DNA from: Candidatus Latescibacterota bacterium
GTDB lineage: Bacteria > Latescibacterota > UBA2968 > UBA8231
Assembly (NCBI GenBank): GCA_965248355.1
Contig: OZ252098.1
Span: forward strand, 2,496,001-2,560,000
Direction of reading: 5' to 3'
Length of the DNA stretch: 64,000 nucleotides
The notes under the pieces are model-generated. The model was not told the DNA's origin. It was given only the letters and a program-made list of their open reading frames with translations, and ran no database searches. Position 1 is the first letter of the stretch, and each line of letters begins with the position of its first letter. Below are positions 39,070-49,297 of the stretch, piece by piece. A program made the position numbers and the translations under genes.

Positions 39070-40086
39070 GTGGACTCCCTCTCCCAGGCCGCCCTCGGGG
39101 CCGCCGTCGGAAACGCCGTCGCCGGCCGGCGCGCCGGACGCAAGGCGGCCGCCTGGGGCGCGGCCCTGGCGACGCTGCCCGATCTCGACGTCTTCGTCCC
39201 CCTGGCCGACGACGTCATCGAGTTCACCGCCCACCGCTCGGTGACCCACTCCCTGCTGGTCATGGCCGCCGCCGCGCCGCTCCTGGTGTGGGTCCTGGGC
39301 CGGCTGCACCCCCAAGTGCGGCGCGACCGCCGGCGCTGGTTGGCGCTCGTGCTCGCCTGTCTGTGGACCCACGCCCTGCTCGACGCCTTCACCGCCTACG
39401 GCACCCAGCTGCTGTGGCCGCTGCCGGTGACCCCGGTCGCCTGGTCGACGATCTTCATCATCGATCCCGCCTACACCCTGCCGCTGCTGGCCGGAGCGGT
39501 CATCGCCCTGGTGCGGCGCGACCGGCTGGGGGACCGCTGCAACGCGGCGGGCCTCTGTCTGAGCACGGCCTACCTGCTGTGGACGGTCGCGGCCCAGGAC
39601 CACGTGGAGGAGCTGGGGGCCCGGGCGGCGGTGGCCCGCGGCGCCGAGGTGGAACGCATCCTGGCCACGCCCACCCCCTTCAACAGCCTCCTGTGGCGGA
39701 TCCTGGTCATGACGCCGGAAGGGGACTACCTGGAGGGCTTCCACTCCCTGGCCGACGGCTACGACCGGCCGCCGGCCCTGCGCCGCCACCCCGGCCATCG
39801 CCGGCTGCTGGAGCCCCTCTCCCGCACCTGGGCGGTGCAGCGCCTGCAGTGGTTCACGGACGGGTACTACGCCGCGCGCCAGCAGGGGCTGCGGGTTCTG
39901 CTCGTCGATCTGCGAATGGGCCTGGAACCGTTCTACGCGTTCCAGTTCGTGGTGGGGAAAATCGCCGGCGGGTGGGCGGTGCCGGTGGACGCGGTGCGGG
40001 CGGGTGGGCCGGGCTCTTCGCGGGACCAACTCGCCTGGGTGTGGCGCCGCATCCTGGACGCGGATGCGGCCTGGAGACCCCTCTAG
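39070..40086 (+). CDS. membrane metal-dependent hydrolase (YdjM-like)
   Basis: MDSLSQAALG, LPDLD, HRSVTHS, HALLDAFTAYGTQL. Confidence 0.9.
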   Translation: MDSLSQAALGAAVGNAVAGRRAGRKAAAWGAALATLPDLDVFVPLADDVIEFTAHRSVTHSLLVMAAAAPLLVWVLGRLHPQVRRDRRRWLALVLACLWTHALLDAFTAYGTQLLWPLPVTPVAWSTIFIIDPAYTLPLLAGAVIALVRRDRLGDRCNAAGLCLSTAYLLWTVAAQDHVEELGARAAVARGAEVERILATPTPFNSLLWRILVMTPEGDYLEGFHSLADGYDRPPALRRHPGHRRLLEPLSRTWAVQRLQWFTDGYYAARQQGLRVLLVDLRMGLEPFYAFQFVVGKIAGGWAVPVDAVRAGGPGSSRDQLAWVWRRILDADAAWRPL

Positions 40087-40880
40087 GTCTCCTCTCCGGC
40101 CACGGCGACGGTCTCGATCTGGAGGTCCTTGCGCAGCTGAATGCGCTCGACCTGGCCGTCGCTGATCTGCACCACGCGGTCGGAGACGCTGAGCATCTTG
40201 TGGTCGTGGGTCGCCGAGATGACGGTGACGCCGAAGCTCTTGTTCATCTGACGCAGCAACTCGATGATCTCGGTGCCCGTGCGCAGATCGAGGTTGGCCG
40301 TTGGCTCGTCGGCCAGCACCACCGCCGGGTCGTTGGCCAGGGCCCGGGCCACGGCGACCCGCTGCTGCTGCCCGCCCGACAGCTCGAAAGGCTTGTGGGA
40401 GTAGCGCTCGCCGAGACCGACCTTGCCGAGCAGACTCATCCCCTTGTCGCGCGACTCGTCGCTCGTCAGCCCGGCGAAGACCATGGGCAGGGTCACGTTC
40501 TCCAGGGCCGTCATCACCGGGATCAGATTGAAGGACTGGAAGATGTAGCCGATCTTGCGGCACCGCAGCCAGGCCAGCTCGTAGGCGTCGAGTTGGGCCA
40601 CGTCGACCTCGTCGATGTAGACCTTGCCCTCCGTGGGCTTGTCGAGGCCGCCCACCATGTTGAAGAAGGTGCTCTTGCCCGAGCCCGAGGGACCCATGAT
40701 CGACAGGTACTCGCCCGCGTAGATCTCGAGGTCGACGCCGCGCAGGGCGTGGACTTCGGTATCGCCCATCTGGTAGATCTTCTTGACGCCCTGAGTGCGC
40801 ACCACGGTGCGCTTTTCCTCGTCGCCCCCGTGGAGCTCCTCGGCCGCCGCCGCGGCCGGTGCTTCCGTTGTCTCTGTCAT
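40083..40880 (-). CDS. ABC transporter ATP-binding protein (MacB/LolD-type)
   Basis: [24 protein letters not shown]. Confidence 0.95.
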   Translation of the reverse strand: MTETTEAPAAAAAEELHGGDEEKRTVVRTQGVKKIYQMGDTEVHALRGVDLEIYAGEYLSIMGPSGSGKSTFFNMVGGLDKPTEGKVYIDEVDVAQLDAYELAWLRCRKIGYIFQSFNLIPVMTALENVTLPMVFAGLTSDESRDKGMSLLGKVGLGERYSHKPFELSGGQQQRVAVARALANDPAVVLADEPTANLDLRTGTEIIELLRQMNKSFGVTVISATHDHKMLSVSDRVVQISDGQVERIQLRKDLQIETVAVAGEET

Positions 40881-40896
40881 GCTCTGCCGCCTGTTC

Positions 40897-41601
40897 TCAG
40901 GTGTCGGTGCGCATCGCTTCGACTGGTTCCATCTTGGCGGCCTTGTACGCCGGGAGCATGGCGCCCACCAGGGACAGCAAGGTGCCGGAGACGCTCGCCG
41001 CGAGGGCCGATTTGAGGAGGCCCGCGACCGGGAAGTAGTCGAAGACGAACCCGCCGTAGTCGATGAGGGCCAGGGTGAGGGTCATCGACAGCCCGAGGAC
41101 GATCCCCACGACCGTGCCGGCGGCCCCCTGGAAGGTCGATTCCAGCAGGAAGAGCTTGATGATGAAGGAGTCGAGGGCGCCGAGGCACTTCATGGTGCCG
41201 ATCTCGCGGAAGCGCTCGGTCACCGACATGAGCATGGCGTTGGCGATGCCGACGACGCAGACCAGCAGGGACAGGCTGATCAGCCAGGCCTGCTTGGACC
41301 GCTCCTCCTCGAGGCGGGCCATGGCTTCGCCGGAGGCGGCCGCCTCGCCCTCGGCGGCCACGGTCTCGATCCCGTTCTTCTGCAGCAGCAGGTTGATGTC
41401 GCTCTTGTTGGCCGCCCGCAGGCTGCCGATGATCTCGTTGCTGCTCCACACGGACATCAGGAAGGCGATGGCCAGGATGATGCCGCTGGTGGTGATCAGG
41501 GAGCGGCCGAAACGGATCCTCAGGCTCCGCAGACTGATCTCCAGGGCCTTGCTCATGGGCAGGGAGATCGTCCGCCCGCGCGCCAGTGCGTGTTCCGTCA
41601 T
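40897..41601 (-). CDS. short FtsX-like ABC permease
   Basis: GIANAMLMSVTERFREIGTMKCLGA, PAYKAAKMEPVEAMR. Confidence 0.9.
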   Translation of the reverse strand: MTEHALARGRTISLPMSKALEISLRSLRIRFGRSLITTSGIILAIAFLMSVWSSNEIIGSLRAANKSDINLLLQKNGIETVAAEGEAAASGEAMARLEEERSKQAWLISLSLLVCVVGIANAMLMSVTERFREIGTMKCLGALDSFIIKLFLLESTFQGAAGTVVGIVLGLSMTLTLALIDYGGFVFDYFPVAGLLKSALAASVSGTLLSLVGAMLPAYKAAKMEPVEAMRTDT

Positions 41602-41666
41602 CTCGTCCCCTCGGAGGTTGCCGCAAGACCTTTGGAATTACGACCCCGGAGAGGCGGCCATCAAGC

Positions 41667-43400
41667 TCAGGCGGAGTGGATGTCGACCAGCGGCAAATCG
41701 TCCACCGACTCGGGGGCGGTGACCAGGTCGGGCAGGTCCCCGGGCACCAGGCGCCGCCGCGGCGAACGACTCCAGCGGCCGCGCACATGGCCCAGGGCGT
41801 CGGTGACCGTATCGGCGGAGAACAGCACCTCGTCCACGTCGTACTCCCGCACCAGGCCGCCCAGTTCCGCCATCACGCCCAGGACCGGGACGCCGGACAG
41901 GACGCGCCCCCGCTCCCCGCTGTCCCCGGCGTAGCCGACGATCTGGCAGTCGAGCCCGCCCCGGTCCTGGACGAGCTCCACGAACTGCCGGAGGGTGGCG
42001 TCGGTGCCGGCTATCAGCAGACGCCGCCGCCCGAGCCGCCGCCCGGAGGTGGAGCGGGTCAGCCAGCGGGCCCCGAGCCGCCAGCCGGCGACCAGCACCG
42101 TGCTGCAGGCCCAGGCGGCTCCGGCCGCCAGCCGGGAGAAGCTGTAGTCCTTGAAGAAGAACGCGGTGGTCACGATGGCGGCGAATCCGAGGGTTACCGC
42201 AAGGGCCGCCCTTCCCGGCGAGTAGCGGCGGCGGTCGTAGAGCCCGAGAGCGAAGAAGCAGGTCGACCAGATCGCCACCGGCACGAGGTAGACGAGCAGC
42301 CACTGGGCGTCGGTGTAAAGGGGCGGCGCCACCCACCGCGTCGGGGTCACGTCGAGGCCGAGGCCCCGGCAGATGCGCTCCAGGGCGGCGATCAACGGCA
42401 GGAGGTCGGCGTGATAGCGCACCAGCAGGGCCAGGCGCACGGCGAGGAGGAAGAGCAGCCCGTCGAGGACCGGGAGAGCGAGGTTGCGCGCCAGGGGTCC
42501 GAGGAAGGAGTAGAGTCCGTAGGCGAGGATGCCGGCGCGCAGTATCCAAACGGGGAAGAACCGGTAGCGGTCCCGCATGTGCTTGCGCACGAAGATCGAC
42601 ATGGCCGCGTTCTTGCGGACCTGGATGCGCATCGACTCGGCGCGGCCGCTCGCTCCCCCGAAGTGGATGATCTGGGTCGCCGGCACGTAGTAGATCTTCC
42701 ACCCCGCCTCGCGCATGCGGTAGCACCAGTCCAGGTCCTCCCCGTACATGAAGTAGTCCTCGTCGAACCCCCCCACCTCCTCCAGGACGCGGCGGCGCAC
42801 GATCATGCACGAGCCCGACAGGGCGTCCACCTCGTTGGTCTCCTCGGGGTCCAGGTAGGTGAGATTGTAGCGCCCGAAGCGGCGGCTCCGGGGGAACAGC
42901 CGGCTGAGGCCGGAGAGCTTGTAGAACGCCGCCGAGGGGGTCGGGAACCCGCGCCGGCAGTCGAGCTGCAGGCTGCCGTCGGGGTTGAGGATCCTGCATC
43001 CGGCGGCGCCGGCCTCGGGGTGGGCGTCCATGAACTCCACGAGGGTCCGGAGGGTGTCGGCGCGCACGATGGTGTCCGAGTTGAGGAGCAGGACGTGGCG
43101 CCCCCGCACGCGGTGGAAGGCGATGTTGTTGGCGCCGCCGAACCCGAGATTCCGGTCGTTGCGGATCAGCTCCACGTGGGGGAACCCGGCCTCCACCATC
43201 TTCGGGCTGCCGTCCCGGGAGGCGTTGTCGACGACGATCACCTGCACCTGCAGGCCCTCGGAGGCCTCGTCCACCGTGCGCAGGGCCTGCTCCATCAGCT
43301 CCCGGGTGTTGTAGCTGGGGATGACGACGCTGAGATCCACCTCGGCGGCGGAGTCGCCGGGCGCGGCACCCGGGTCGCGGGTCGGTCCGCCGGCCGTCAT
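41667..43400 (-). CDS. GT2 glycosyltransferase fused to TM and CoA-binding-like domains
   Basis: VVDNASRDGS, LLLNSD, GFDEDYFMYGEDLD; TM region; LLIAG...IVGY...VDEV. Confidence 0.88.
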   Translation of the reverse strand: MTAGGPTRDPGAAPGDSAAEVDLSVVIPSYNTRELMEQALRTVDEASEGLQVQVIVVDNASRDGSPKMVEAGFPHVELIRNDRNLGFGGANNIAFHRVRGRHVLLLNSDTIVRADTLRTLVEFMDAHPEAGAAGCRILNPDGSLQLDCRRGFPTPSAAFYKLSGLSRLFPRSRRFGRYNLTYLDPEETNEVDALSGSCMIVRRRVLEEVGGFDEDYFMYGEDLDWCYRMREAGWKIYYVPATQIIHFGGASGRAESMRIQVRKNAAMSIFVRKHMRDRYRFFPVWILRAGILAYGLYSFLGPLARNLALPVLDGLLFLLAVRLALLVRYHADLLPLIAALERICRGLGLDVTPTRWVAPPLYTDAQWLLVYLVPVAIWSTCFFALGLYDRRRYSPGRAALAVTLGFAAIVTTAFFFKDYSFSRLAAGAAWACSTVLVAGWRLGARWLTRSTSGRRLGRRRLLIAGTDATLRQFVELVQDRGGLDCQIVGYAGDSGERGRVLSGVPVLGVMAELGGLVREYDVDEVLFSADTVTDALGHVRGRWSRSPRRRLVPGDLPDLVTAPESVDDLPLVDIHSA

Positions 43401-44116
43401 CCGGAGCCGCCGCGGCGTCCGCCCAGGCGCCGGCCCCCGAAGACCAGGACCTGCCTGGCGAACAGCAGGTACTCGCGCCAGTCGAGCTTGCTGGCGCTGA
43501 ACTGACGGTTGCGGAAGACGAAGGGGATGGAGCGGTGGGAGCGGTAGCGGCCCTTCACCAGGATCTCGAAGAGGATCTTGTAGCCGCCGGAAGTCAGGCG
43601 CAGGTCTCCCACCACCTCGCGGCGCAGGCAGAAGTACCCCGAGAGGGGATCCTCGGCGCCGGTGATGAGCCGCGCCAGGCCGACGCCGAGGAAGGAGAGC
43701 ATCTTGCGGTGGAAGGCCCACTTCATGACGCGGCTGGTCACGCCGAAGCGGCTGCCGATCATCAGGTCGTGATCGCGCAGGCCGCGCACGAGTTCGGTGA
43801 GGATGGCCGGATCGTGGCTCAGGTCGGCGTCGATGACCCCGAGGCAGGGCCGCTCGGAATGGCGCCATCCCTCCATCACCGCCGACCCGAGGCCGAGCTT
43901 GCCCGGGCGGTGCACGACCTGCACCGGGAATCTCTCCTTCAGGCCCTCGGCGACCTGCCCCGTGCCGTCGGGCGAGTTGTCGTCGACGATGATCAGCTCC
44001 AGGTCGATGTCCTCGCAGCCGGCGAGAAAACCGAAGATCTCCTCGGCCAGCAGGACCACGTTCTGGCGCTCGTTGTAGGTCGGAGCCACGAGCGAGATGG
44101 AGAGCCGGTCACTCAC
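43397..44116 (-). CDS. polyprenol-phosphate mannose synthase-like GT2
   Basis: PTYNE, VDDNSPDGT, KLGLGSA, DADLSH, GSR, DPLSGYF. Confidence 0.9.
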   Translation of the reverse strand: MSDRLSISLVAPTYNERQNVVLLAEEIFGFLAGCEDIDLELIIVDDNSPDGTGQVAEGLKERFPVQVVHRPGKLGLGSAVMEGWRHSERPCLGVIDADLSHDPAILTELVRGLRDHDLMIGSRFGVTSRVMKWAFHRKMLSFLGVGLARLITGAEDPLSGYFCLRREVVGDLRLTSGGYKILFEILVKGRYRSHRSIPFVFRNRQFSASKLDWREYLLFARQVLVFGGRRLGGRRGGSG

Positions 44117-45023
44117 GTCCGAGATCTCCGAAGTCGAGGCGGAAGTCCTCCTCGCGGGCCATGCGCGCCAGTCCGCACTCCAGGTCGGCCGGGGCCCAGC
44201 CCAGCTCGGCCTCGAGCCGGTCGGTGCGCAGACCGGAGCGCCGCGGCCGCGCCGCGGCCTGCCCGGCCTCGGCGGTGGTCACCGCCTCCAGCCTTCCGCC
44301 GTCCAGATGGAAGAAGGCCGCCAGCCTCTGCACCAATTCCTCCCGAGTCAGGAACGAGGCGCCCCCCACGTGGTACCGCCCGGTGGCGGCCCGGCGGCAC
44401 AACTCCACCAGGGCCCGGGCCAGGTCGGCCACCGGCGTCGGGTTGCCCCACTGGTCGCCGGCCACGCGCACCGGCTCGCCGCGGGCCAGGGCCGCCAGCG
44501 GCCAGGTGACCAGGTTCGGCCGCGCCCCCCGGCGGTGGCCGTAGAGCCACAGCGTGCGCACCACCAGACCGGCGCTCTTCCCTTCGAGGACCAGGGCCTC
44601 GCTCTCCAGCTTCATGCGGCCGTACTGCGACAGGGGGTTGGTCTCGTCCTCTTCGGAGTAGGGCCCCGCGGCGCCGTCGAAGACGTAGTCCGTCGACAGC
44701 TGCACCACACCGGAGCCCGAGTCGGCGCAGGCGGAAACCAGGTTCGCCACGGCGTCGACGTTGATCCGCCGCGCCGGCGCCGGGTCGGTCTCGCACAGAT
44801 CGACGTTCGTCTGCGCCGCCGTGTGGATGACCCGGTCGGGCCGTTGCCGGGAGATCAGCTCGCGGACGGCGTCGGCCCGGGTCAGGTCGACCACCTGGCA
44901 CTCGATGCCGCCCACGGGACCGGGACGCCGGCCGCAGCCCGCGAGTTCCACGTCGGCGCCCCAGTCGGTCTCGAGCAGGGTGCGCCCCAGCAACCCGTGG
45001 GCGCCGGTGACCAGCAGCTTCAT
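44109..45023 (-). CDS. rmlD: dTDP-4-dehydrorhamnose reductase
   Basis: TGAHGLLG, AAQTNVD, STDYVFDG, YGRMK, DQWGNPT. Confidence 0.88.
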   Translation of the reverse strand: MKLLVTGAHGLLGRTLLETDWGADVELAGCGRRPGPVGGIECQVVDLTRADAVRELISRQRPDRVIHTAAQTNVDLCETDPAPARRINVDAVANLVSACADSGSGVVQLSTDYVFDGAAGPYSEEDETNPLSQYGRMKLESEALVLEGKSAGLVVRTLWLYGHRRGARPNLVTWPLAALARGEPVRVAGDQWGNPTPVADLARALVELCRRAATGRYHVGGASFLTREELVQRLAAFFHLDGGRLEAVTTAEAGQAAARPRRSGLRTDRLEAELGWAPADLECGLARMAREEDFRLDFGDLGRE

Positions 45024-46552
45024 CGCGGACCCGCTTCATCCTCGAGGGCCAGCAGGAGGGCGGCCATCGACGCCTGGCCCCGTCCCGGGGGGCGCGGATA
45101 GCGCCGCCCGGACAGGATCCTGCGGGCGCGGTCGACCTCGCCGGCGGCCAGCAGGGCTTCGACGGCCAGCGCCTGTCCAGCCGGGCGCCGGCCGTCGTCG
45201 TCGAGGGCGTACCGCCTCGGCCAGGCCTTCGGTTCGGCCGGGTCGGGGGCGTCGGCGTAGGCGCCGGCGGTCTCGTCCCACAGGTGGCGGTCCGCCCACC
45301 CCCGGGCCCCGCGGGCGGCCTCGGCAAAGTCGGCCCGGCCGCTGTGACGGGCCAGCTCGTCGAAGACCAGGGAGGCCAGCATCTGGTCGCTCAGCAGACC
45401 CGCGGCGGCCTCCGCGCTGTCGCCCTGCCGCACCCGGCCGCCTTCGTCGACGCACTCCCGCAGCAGGTAACCGCCGGCCGATTGCGCCATCTCCCGGGCG
45501 GCGGCCTCCCGGCCCAGGGCGGCCCCCGTGTGCAGGAAGGCGCGGATCAACAGCAGGTTGTCCTGGGTGAAGACCGTCGGATCCGACCACCACCGGCCGT
45601 CGGCGGCGCGCAGCCGGCGGGTCCAGAAGACGCCGCGCGCCTCGTCGTACCAATCCCGGGCCAGATTCTCGAGCAAGTCCGCCGCCGCCTCTTCGTGAGC
45701 CGGGACGCCGCCGGCTGCCAGCACCTTCAGCAGACCGGCCTGCACGGCGCCGCTCATCTCCGCCCGGGGGGTGGCCCAGTCGGGCGTGTGGGAATAGCTC
45801 AGGACCCCCCTCGAGGTCCACAAGGGGCTGGCGAGCAGCGCATCGAGGGTGTGCCGCGCCATCCGCCGGGCCTCGGGGTCGGCCCGGCGCCCGCCGAAGT
45901 TCTGGAGGAAGGCGATCACCTGCGGCTCCGGGAACTTGTGGGGTCCGCCGAACCCGCCGAACCGCCCGTCGTAGTCGGAGGCCACGGCCCGATAGACGCC
46001 GTCCACCGAGAGCCGGTGGCGGCGGGCGGGGGCGGCCGGTGACTCCGCCCAGAGCCGGCCGGGATCCTTGCGCTGGTGGTGGTGGACGCGGGTCAGCAGC
46101 CGGGTCACGTTGTCCGCGGGAATGTCGGTGGCGCGCACGGCCTCCCTCCCGGTGGAATCCAGAACGCTGATCGACGGACATCCCGCCGGCGCGTAGCGGC
46201 GCGCCACGTGAGGGCGTTTCTCGGGATCGACGCGGACCGGCAGAAAACGCGTCTCCGCGTTCCAGGCGGCCACCCCCTCGTCACCGGCGAACAGGCCCGC
46301 GCAACCCGGGCCTGAGACGTAGAGCAACACCGGCAGGCCCCGGCGGCGGGCGTCGTCGAAGGCCGCCGGGCCCCAGGACTGCCAGGCCACGGCCGAGTCG
46401 GGATCGGGCCAGGTCAGCCCCACCTCCGCAACACCGGCCGGTGAATCGCCCGAAGGCCCGGGTTCCGGGTCGGGGGCGCAGGCTCCTGAGAGCAGGATCA
46501 TGGGGAAGAGGGCCGCCACCGGCCATCGACAGGGGGCGCGAAGTCGCCGCAT
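45020..46552 (-). CDS. YyaL/DUF255-like thioredoxin plus six-hairpin protein, divergent, probable lipoprotein
   Basis: LLSGAC lipobox-like motif; VAWQSWGPAAFDDARRRGLPV, VDPEKRP, GGFGGPHKFP. Confidence 0.75.
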   Translation of the reverse strand: MRRLRAPCRWPVAALFPMILLSGACAPDPEPGPSGDSPAGVAEVGLTWPDPDSAVAWQSWGPAAFDDARRRGLPVLLYVSGPGCAGLFAGDEGVAAWNAETRFLPVRVDPEKRPHVARRYAPAGCPSISVLDSTGREAVRATDIPADNVTRLLTRVHHHQRKDPGRLWAESPAAPARRHRLSVDGVYRAVASDYDGRFGGFGGPHKFPEPQVIAFLQNFGGRRADPEARRMARHTLDALLASPLWTSRGVLSYSHTPDWATPRAEMSGAVQAGLLKVLAAGGVPAHEEAAADLLENLARDWYDEARGVFWTRRLRAADGRWWSDPTVFTQDNLLLIRAFLHTGAALGREAAAREMAQSAGGYLLRECVDEGGRVRQGDSAEAAAGLLSDQMLASLVFDELARHSGRADFAEAARGARGWADRHLWDETAGAYADAPDPAEPKAWPRRYALDDDGRRPAGQALAVEALLAAGEVDRARRILSGRRYPRPPGRGQASMAALLLALEDEAGPR

Positions 46553-46690
46553 GGGGGCGGGGAAGGGTAGCCTCCCGTGTCCCGAAGCGTCAAATGGTTG
46601 CGGCCGGGTCGAAATCAGAGGCGAGGATTCCGTAGATCGCCATGAGCTGCTGCAACCCTCCGGATCGGCGCCGGACGGAAGGCCGGCCGA

Positions 46691-46852
46691 TCAGATTTGC
46701 CAGTTGGACACATAGGACCTGCTCTTCAGCCGCTCGGCCAGCTCCACCAGCACCGCCAGAGACCTGGTCAATCTCGCCGTCGTCGCGTCGTCCAACTCGC
46801 CCCCTTCGGACCAGTTGGCGTTGTGGGCATGGACGTGATAGGGGCTGATGAC
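46691..46852 (-). pseudogene. orphan C-terminal fragment, resembling an NADPH-dependent FMN reductase tail
   Basis: VISPYHVHAHNANW...ARLTRSLAVLVELAERL with no N-terminus; overlaps the radical SAM tail out of frame. Confidence 0.4.
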
Positions 46853-48222
46853 CGGGGGCACGCTTCGGGCTTCGCCGCAGCGGGATCGTGCCCGACATTC
46901 CCGAAGTTTCTGAGTGCCAGGTGATATCCGACATTTCGAAGGATGTTCCACCAGAGTCCCGTCCTCGAACGCCGCATCCGCTCGGCTATCGAACCGACCG
47001 AATAGAATTCTCGAGCCGCCCATTCCGTCCCCATCAGCAGTTCCTCCGGGGACATTCGGGCGGGCTCGAAGACAACGTGCTTCTTCCCGTCGTACTTCGA
47101 CCAGTCCCTGGTGAGTATGCGCCCCTCCGCATCCAGCCGCTTGAACAACGCCGTATTCGGGAAGGGCACCAGGATCCCGATGGTCGCCGAATCGATGGCT
47201 ATCTCACGGAAGTACTCAACCGTGTCACGGAAAATGGAGCGCTCATCGTTGTCGAAGCCGAAGACCGTACCGGCCTGTATCGCAATTCCGTGGGCATGAA
47301 GGCGACGGACTGCTTCATGATACCGAGAGACATCGTTGTGCTTCTTGTTCGCACCGTCCAGGCTGGCCTGCGAGACGGACTCCAGGCCGATGAAGAGCGC
47401 CTTGCAGCCACTCCTGGCCGCAAGGTGCAGGAACTCGTCATCAAAGGCCGCATCCAAGGTCGCCTGGCTGGTCCACCACCGGCCCAGGGGAGCTATGGCC
47501 TCGAACAGCTCCTTGGCATATCTGCGATTCGCGTTGATGTTGTCATCCCAGAACACCAGCGCCTTGCCCGGCATCCCTCTGACTTCATCCGCTACCTCCT
47601 GCACTGGCCGGTATCGCATGCGGCGCTTGTACATGGCCGGGATCGAGCAGTAGTCACAATCGTATGGGCATCCCCTGGTGGCGATGGTGACTCCCTTTCC
47701 ATATACACGGCCCTTGATCAAGTCCCAACGCGGCGCCGGCATACCCTCCAGGTCCGGGAGGGACTCGCTGCGATAGACCGGCGCGAGCCGTCCTCTCTCA
47801 ACATCCCGCAGCAACCGCAGCCAAACCAGCTCTCCCTCCCCTACGACGACCGCATCCGCATGCTCGCCGACCTCCTCGGGCATGAGGGTTGCGTGCGGCC
47901 CCCCGATGACCACCGGGATCCCCAGCCCCCGATATCGTTCGGCCAGCCTGTAGGCATGGGGCGCCGCGGCGGTGTTGGCGGTGATGCCCACCAAGGAGAA
48001 GGGCCGGTCGAACCGAACCTTCTGGACGATTTCGTCGGTGTGCGTAACCCGCCAATTCTCGGGAGTGTACGCCGCAATGAGCGGCATCGTCAGCTGAGGG
48101 AAGCGAATGATCCGGCGGTAGCGGACAAACCGCGACGCTTCGGATTCCGCCGTGATCAGCTCAACCCAATGGGTACAGGTCTCCCGGCCCACTCCTGTAC
48201 TCCCAAGCAAGGGTGTCTTCAT
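46768..48222 (-). CDS. B12-binding radical SAM protein
   Basis: VIGGPHAT, VVGEGE, TRGCPYDCDYC, FWDDN, IGLES; C-terminal tail looks aberrant. Confidence 0.88.
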   Translation of the reverse strand: MKTPLLGSTGVGRETCTHWVELITAESEASRFVRYRRIIRFPQLTMPLIAAYTPENWRVTHTDEIVQKVRFDRPFSLVGITANTAAAPHAYRLAERYRGLGIPVVIGGPHATLMPEEVGEHADAVVVGEGELVWLRLLRDVERGRLAPVYRSESLPDLEGMPAPRWDLIKGRVYGKGVTIATRGCPYDCDYCSIPAMYKRRMRYRPVQEVADEVRGMPGKALVFWDDNINANRRYAKELFEAIAPLGRWWTSQATLDAAFDDEFLHLAARSGCKALFIGLESVSQASLDGANKKHNDVSRYHEAVRRLHAHGIAIQAGTVFGFDNDERSIFRDTVEYFREIAIDSATIGILVPFPNTALFKRLDAEGRILTRDWSKYDGKKHVVFEPARMSPEELLMGTEWAAREFYSVGSIAERMRRSRTGLWWNILRNVGYHLALRNFGNVGHDPAAAKPEACPRSSAPITSMPTTPTGPKGASWTTRRRRD

Positions 48223-48276
48223 CCGGCTCCTGGAGCACTCTCAACTGCCCTGGATCAGACCAGCCAGCCGATCATC

Positions 48277-48834
48277 CTACTTGCCCCCCTGACTGCCGAG
48301 GTACTCACCTAGCTTCGCGATCGCGACGATATCCACATCCCGGCGCGGTGCACCGGCCGGATGCTTGTGGAAGTTCAGTTTCTCGTCCAGCTGAGCTTCC
48401 GCGCTGACGATCGGGCAGACCACATCACCCAGTTGGCCTTCCGGTGCGGAGAGAGCGCCCTGCGGGTACGGCCAATCCGTCCACCGGCCGGAGGTAACGA
48501 CATCACCCGATGAGGTTTTCTCCAGAAGCCCGAAACTGACATACTGAGCGTGCTTGCGGAAGCCAATGTGCTCTTCGGGATGCCGGACCACCTTGCGTGT
48601 ATACCCCAGATCCCCGAGACAGACACTCACCGCGGCGGCATCTCTCTTCCAAATAGACCAGTCTACGTCGCTGTGGACCCGCAAGGCTTCCCCCAGCAGA
48701 AAGTCCAGAGCCCAACCCCCACCCAACCAGTGCGGGATGGATCCAGCTGCCAATTCCTGGTGAATCTCTCTGATGAGCCCAAGCTGAATCGGGTTCGGAT
48801 GATCCAGGCACCCCCGGATTTCAGTCGCAGCCAT
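48277..48834 (-). CDS. nucleotidyltransferase (ANT(2'')/Lnu-like)
   Basis: WLGGGWALDFLLG...HSDVD...SAEAQL. Confidence 0.8.
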   Translation of the reverse strand: MAATEIRGCLDHPNPIQLGLIREIHQELAAGSIPHWLGGGWALDFLLGEALRVHSDVDWSIWKRDAAAVSVCLGDLGYTRKVVRHPEEHIGFRKHAQYVSFGLLEKTSSGDVVTSGRWTDWPYPQGALSAPEGQLGDVVCPIVSAEAQLDEKLNFHKHPAGAPRRDVDIVAIAKLGEYLGSQGGK

Positions 48835-49262
48835 GGGGTCTTACTCGCGTAGTACCAACCTCGAGGAAGGACTCCACCTCTCCCTTGAGCAGGTCGGCCT
48901 CCTCCTGGGTCTCCCTTCCCTGATAGGAAGCAAGTGCCGCCTCGATGAGGGCTCTCCATTCAGGGAATCGATCCCGACCCCATTCACCGCTGAAAGACTT
49001 GGACACTGCGGCGTTCCGCTTCTCCACCGTGTACATGATTCGGCACATGTTCAAGACACAGTAGTCCGGGTATTGAAGGTTATCTCTGATGTCTCGCACT
49101 TCAGGCCGCAACTGGTCCTTTGGCGGGCATGATCTTTCGAAGCGTTCCGACAGATCGATCTGCAATTGGAGAATGCAGCCTCGTGCCAAGCATCTGGGCC
49201 AACTCGTGAACGAAGGCATGGCAGACATCTCTTGCGGGCGAAGGTAGTTCCGCGTAGTTCAT
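48821..49262 (-). pseudogene. aminoglycoside adenylyltransferase-like gene with internal deletion/frameshift
   Basis: N-terminus MNYAELP...LAQMLGTRLH is out of frame with a DUF4111-like C-terminus YCVLNMCRIMY...SK...EWRALIEAAL; no NTase core. Confidence 0.65.
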
Positions 49263-49297
49263 ACGGCACTCATGAAGGTCCCCTGCCCATCCCGCAG

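Noticed and set aside
14200..46500. Many long antisense and alternative-frame ORFs
   Set aside because: Shadow ORFs caused by high GC3; Arg/Pro/Gly-rich with no recognisable motifs
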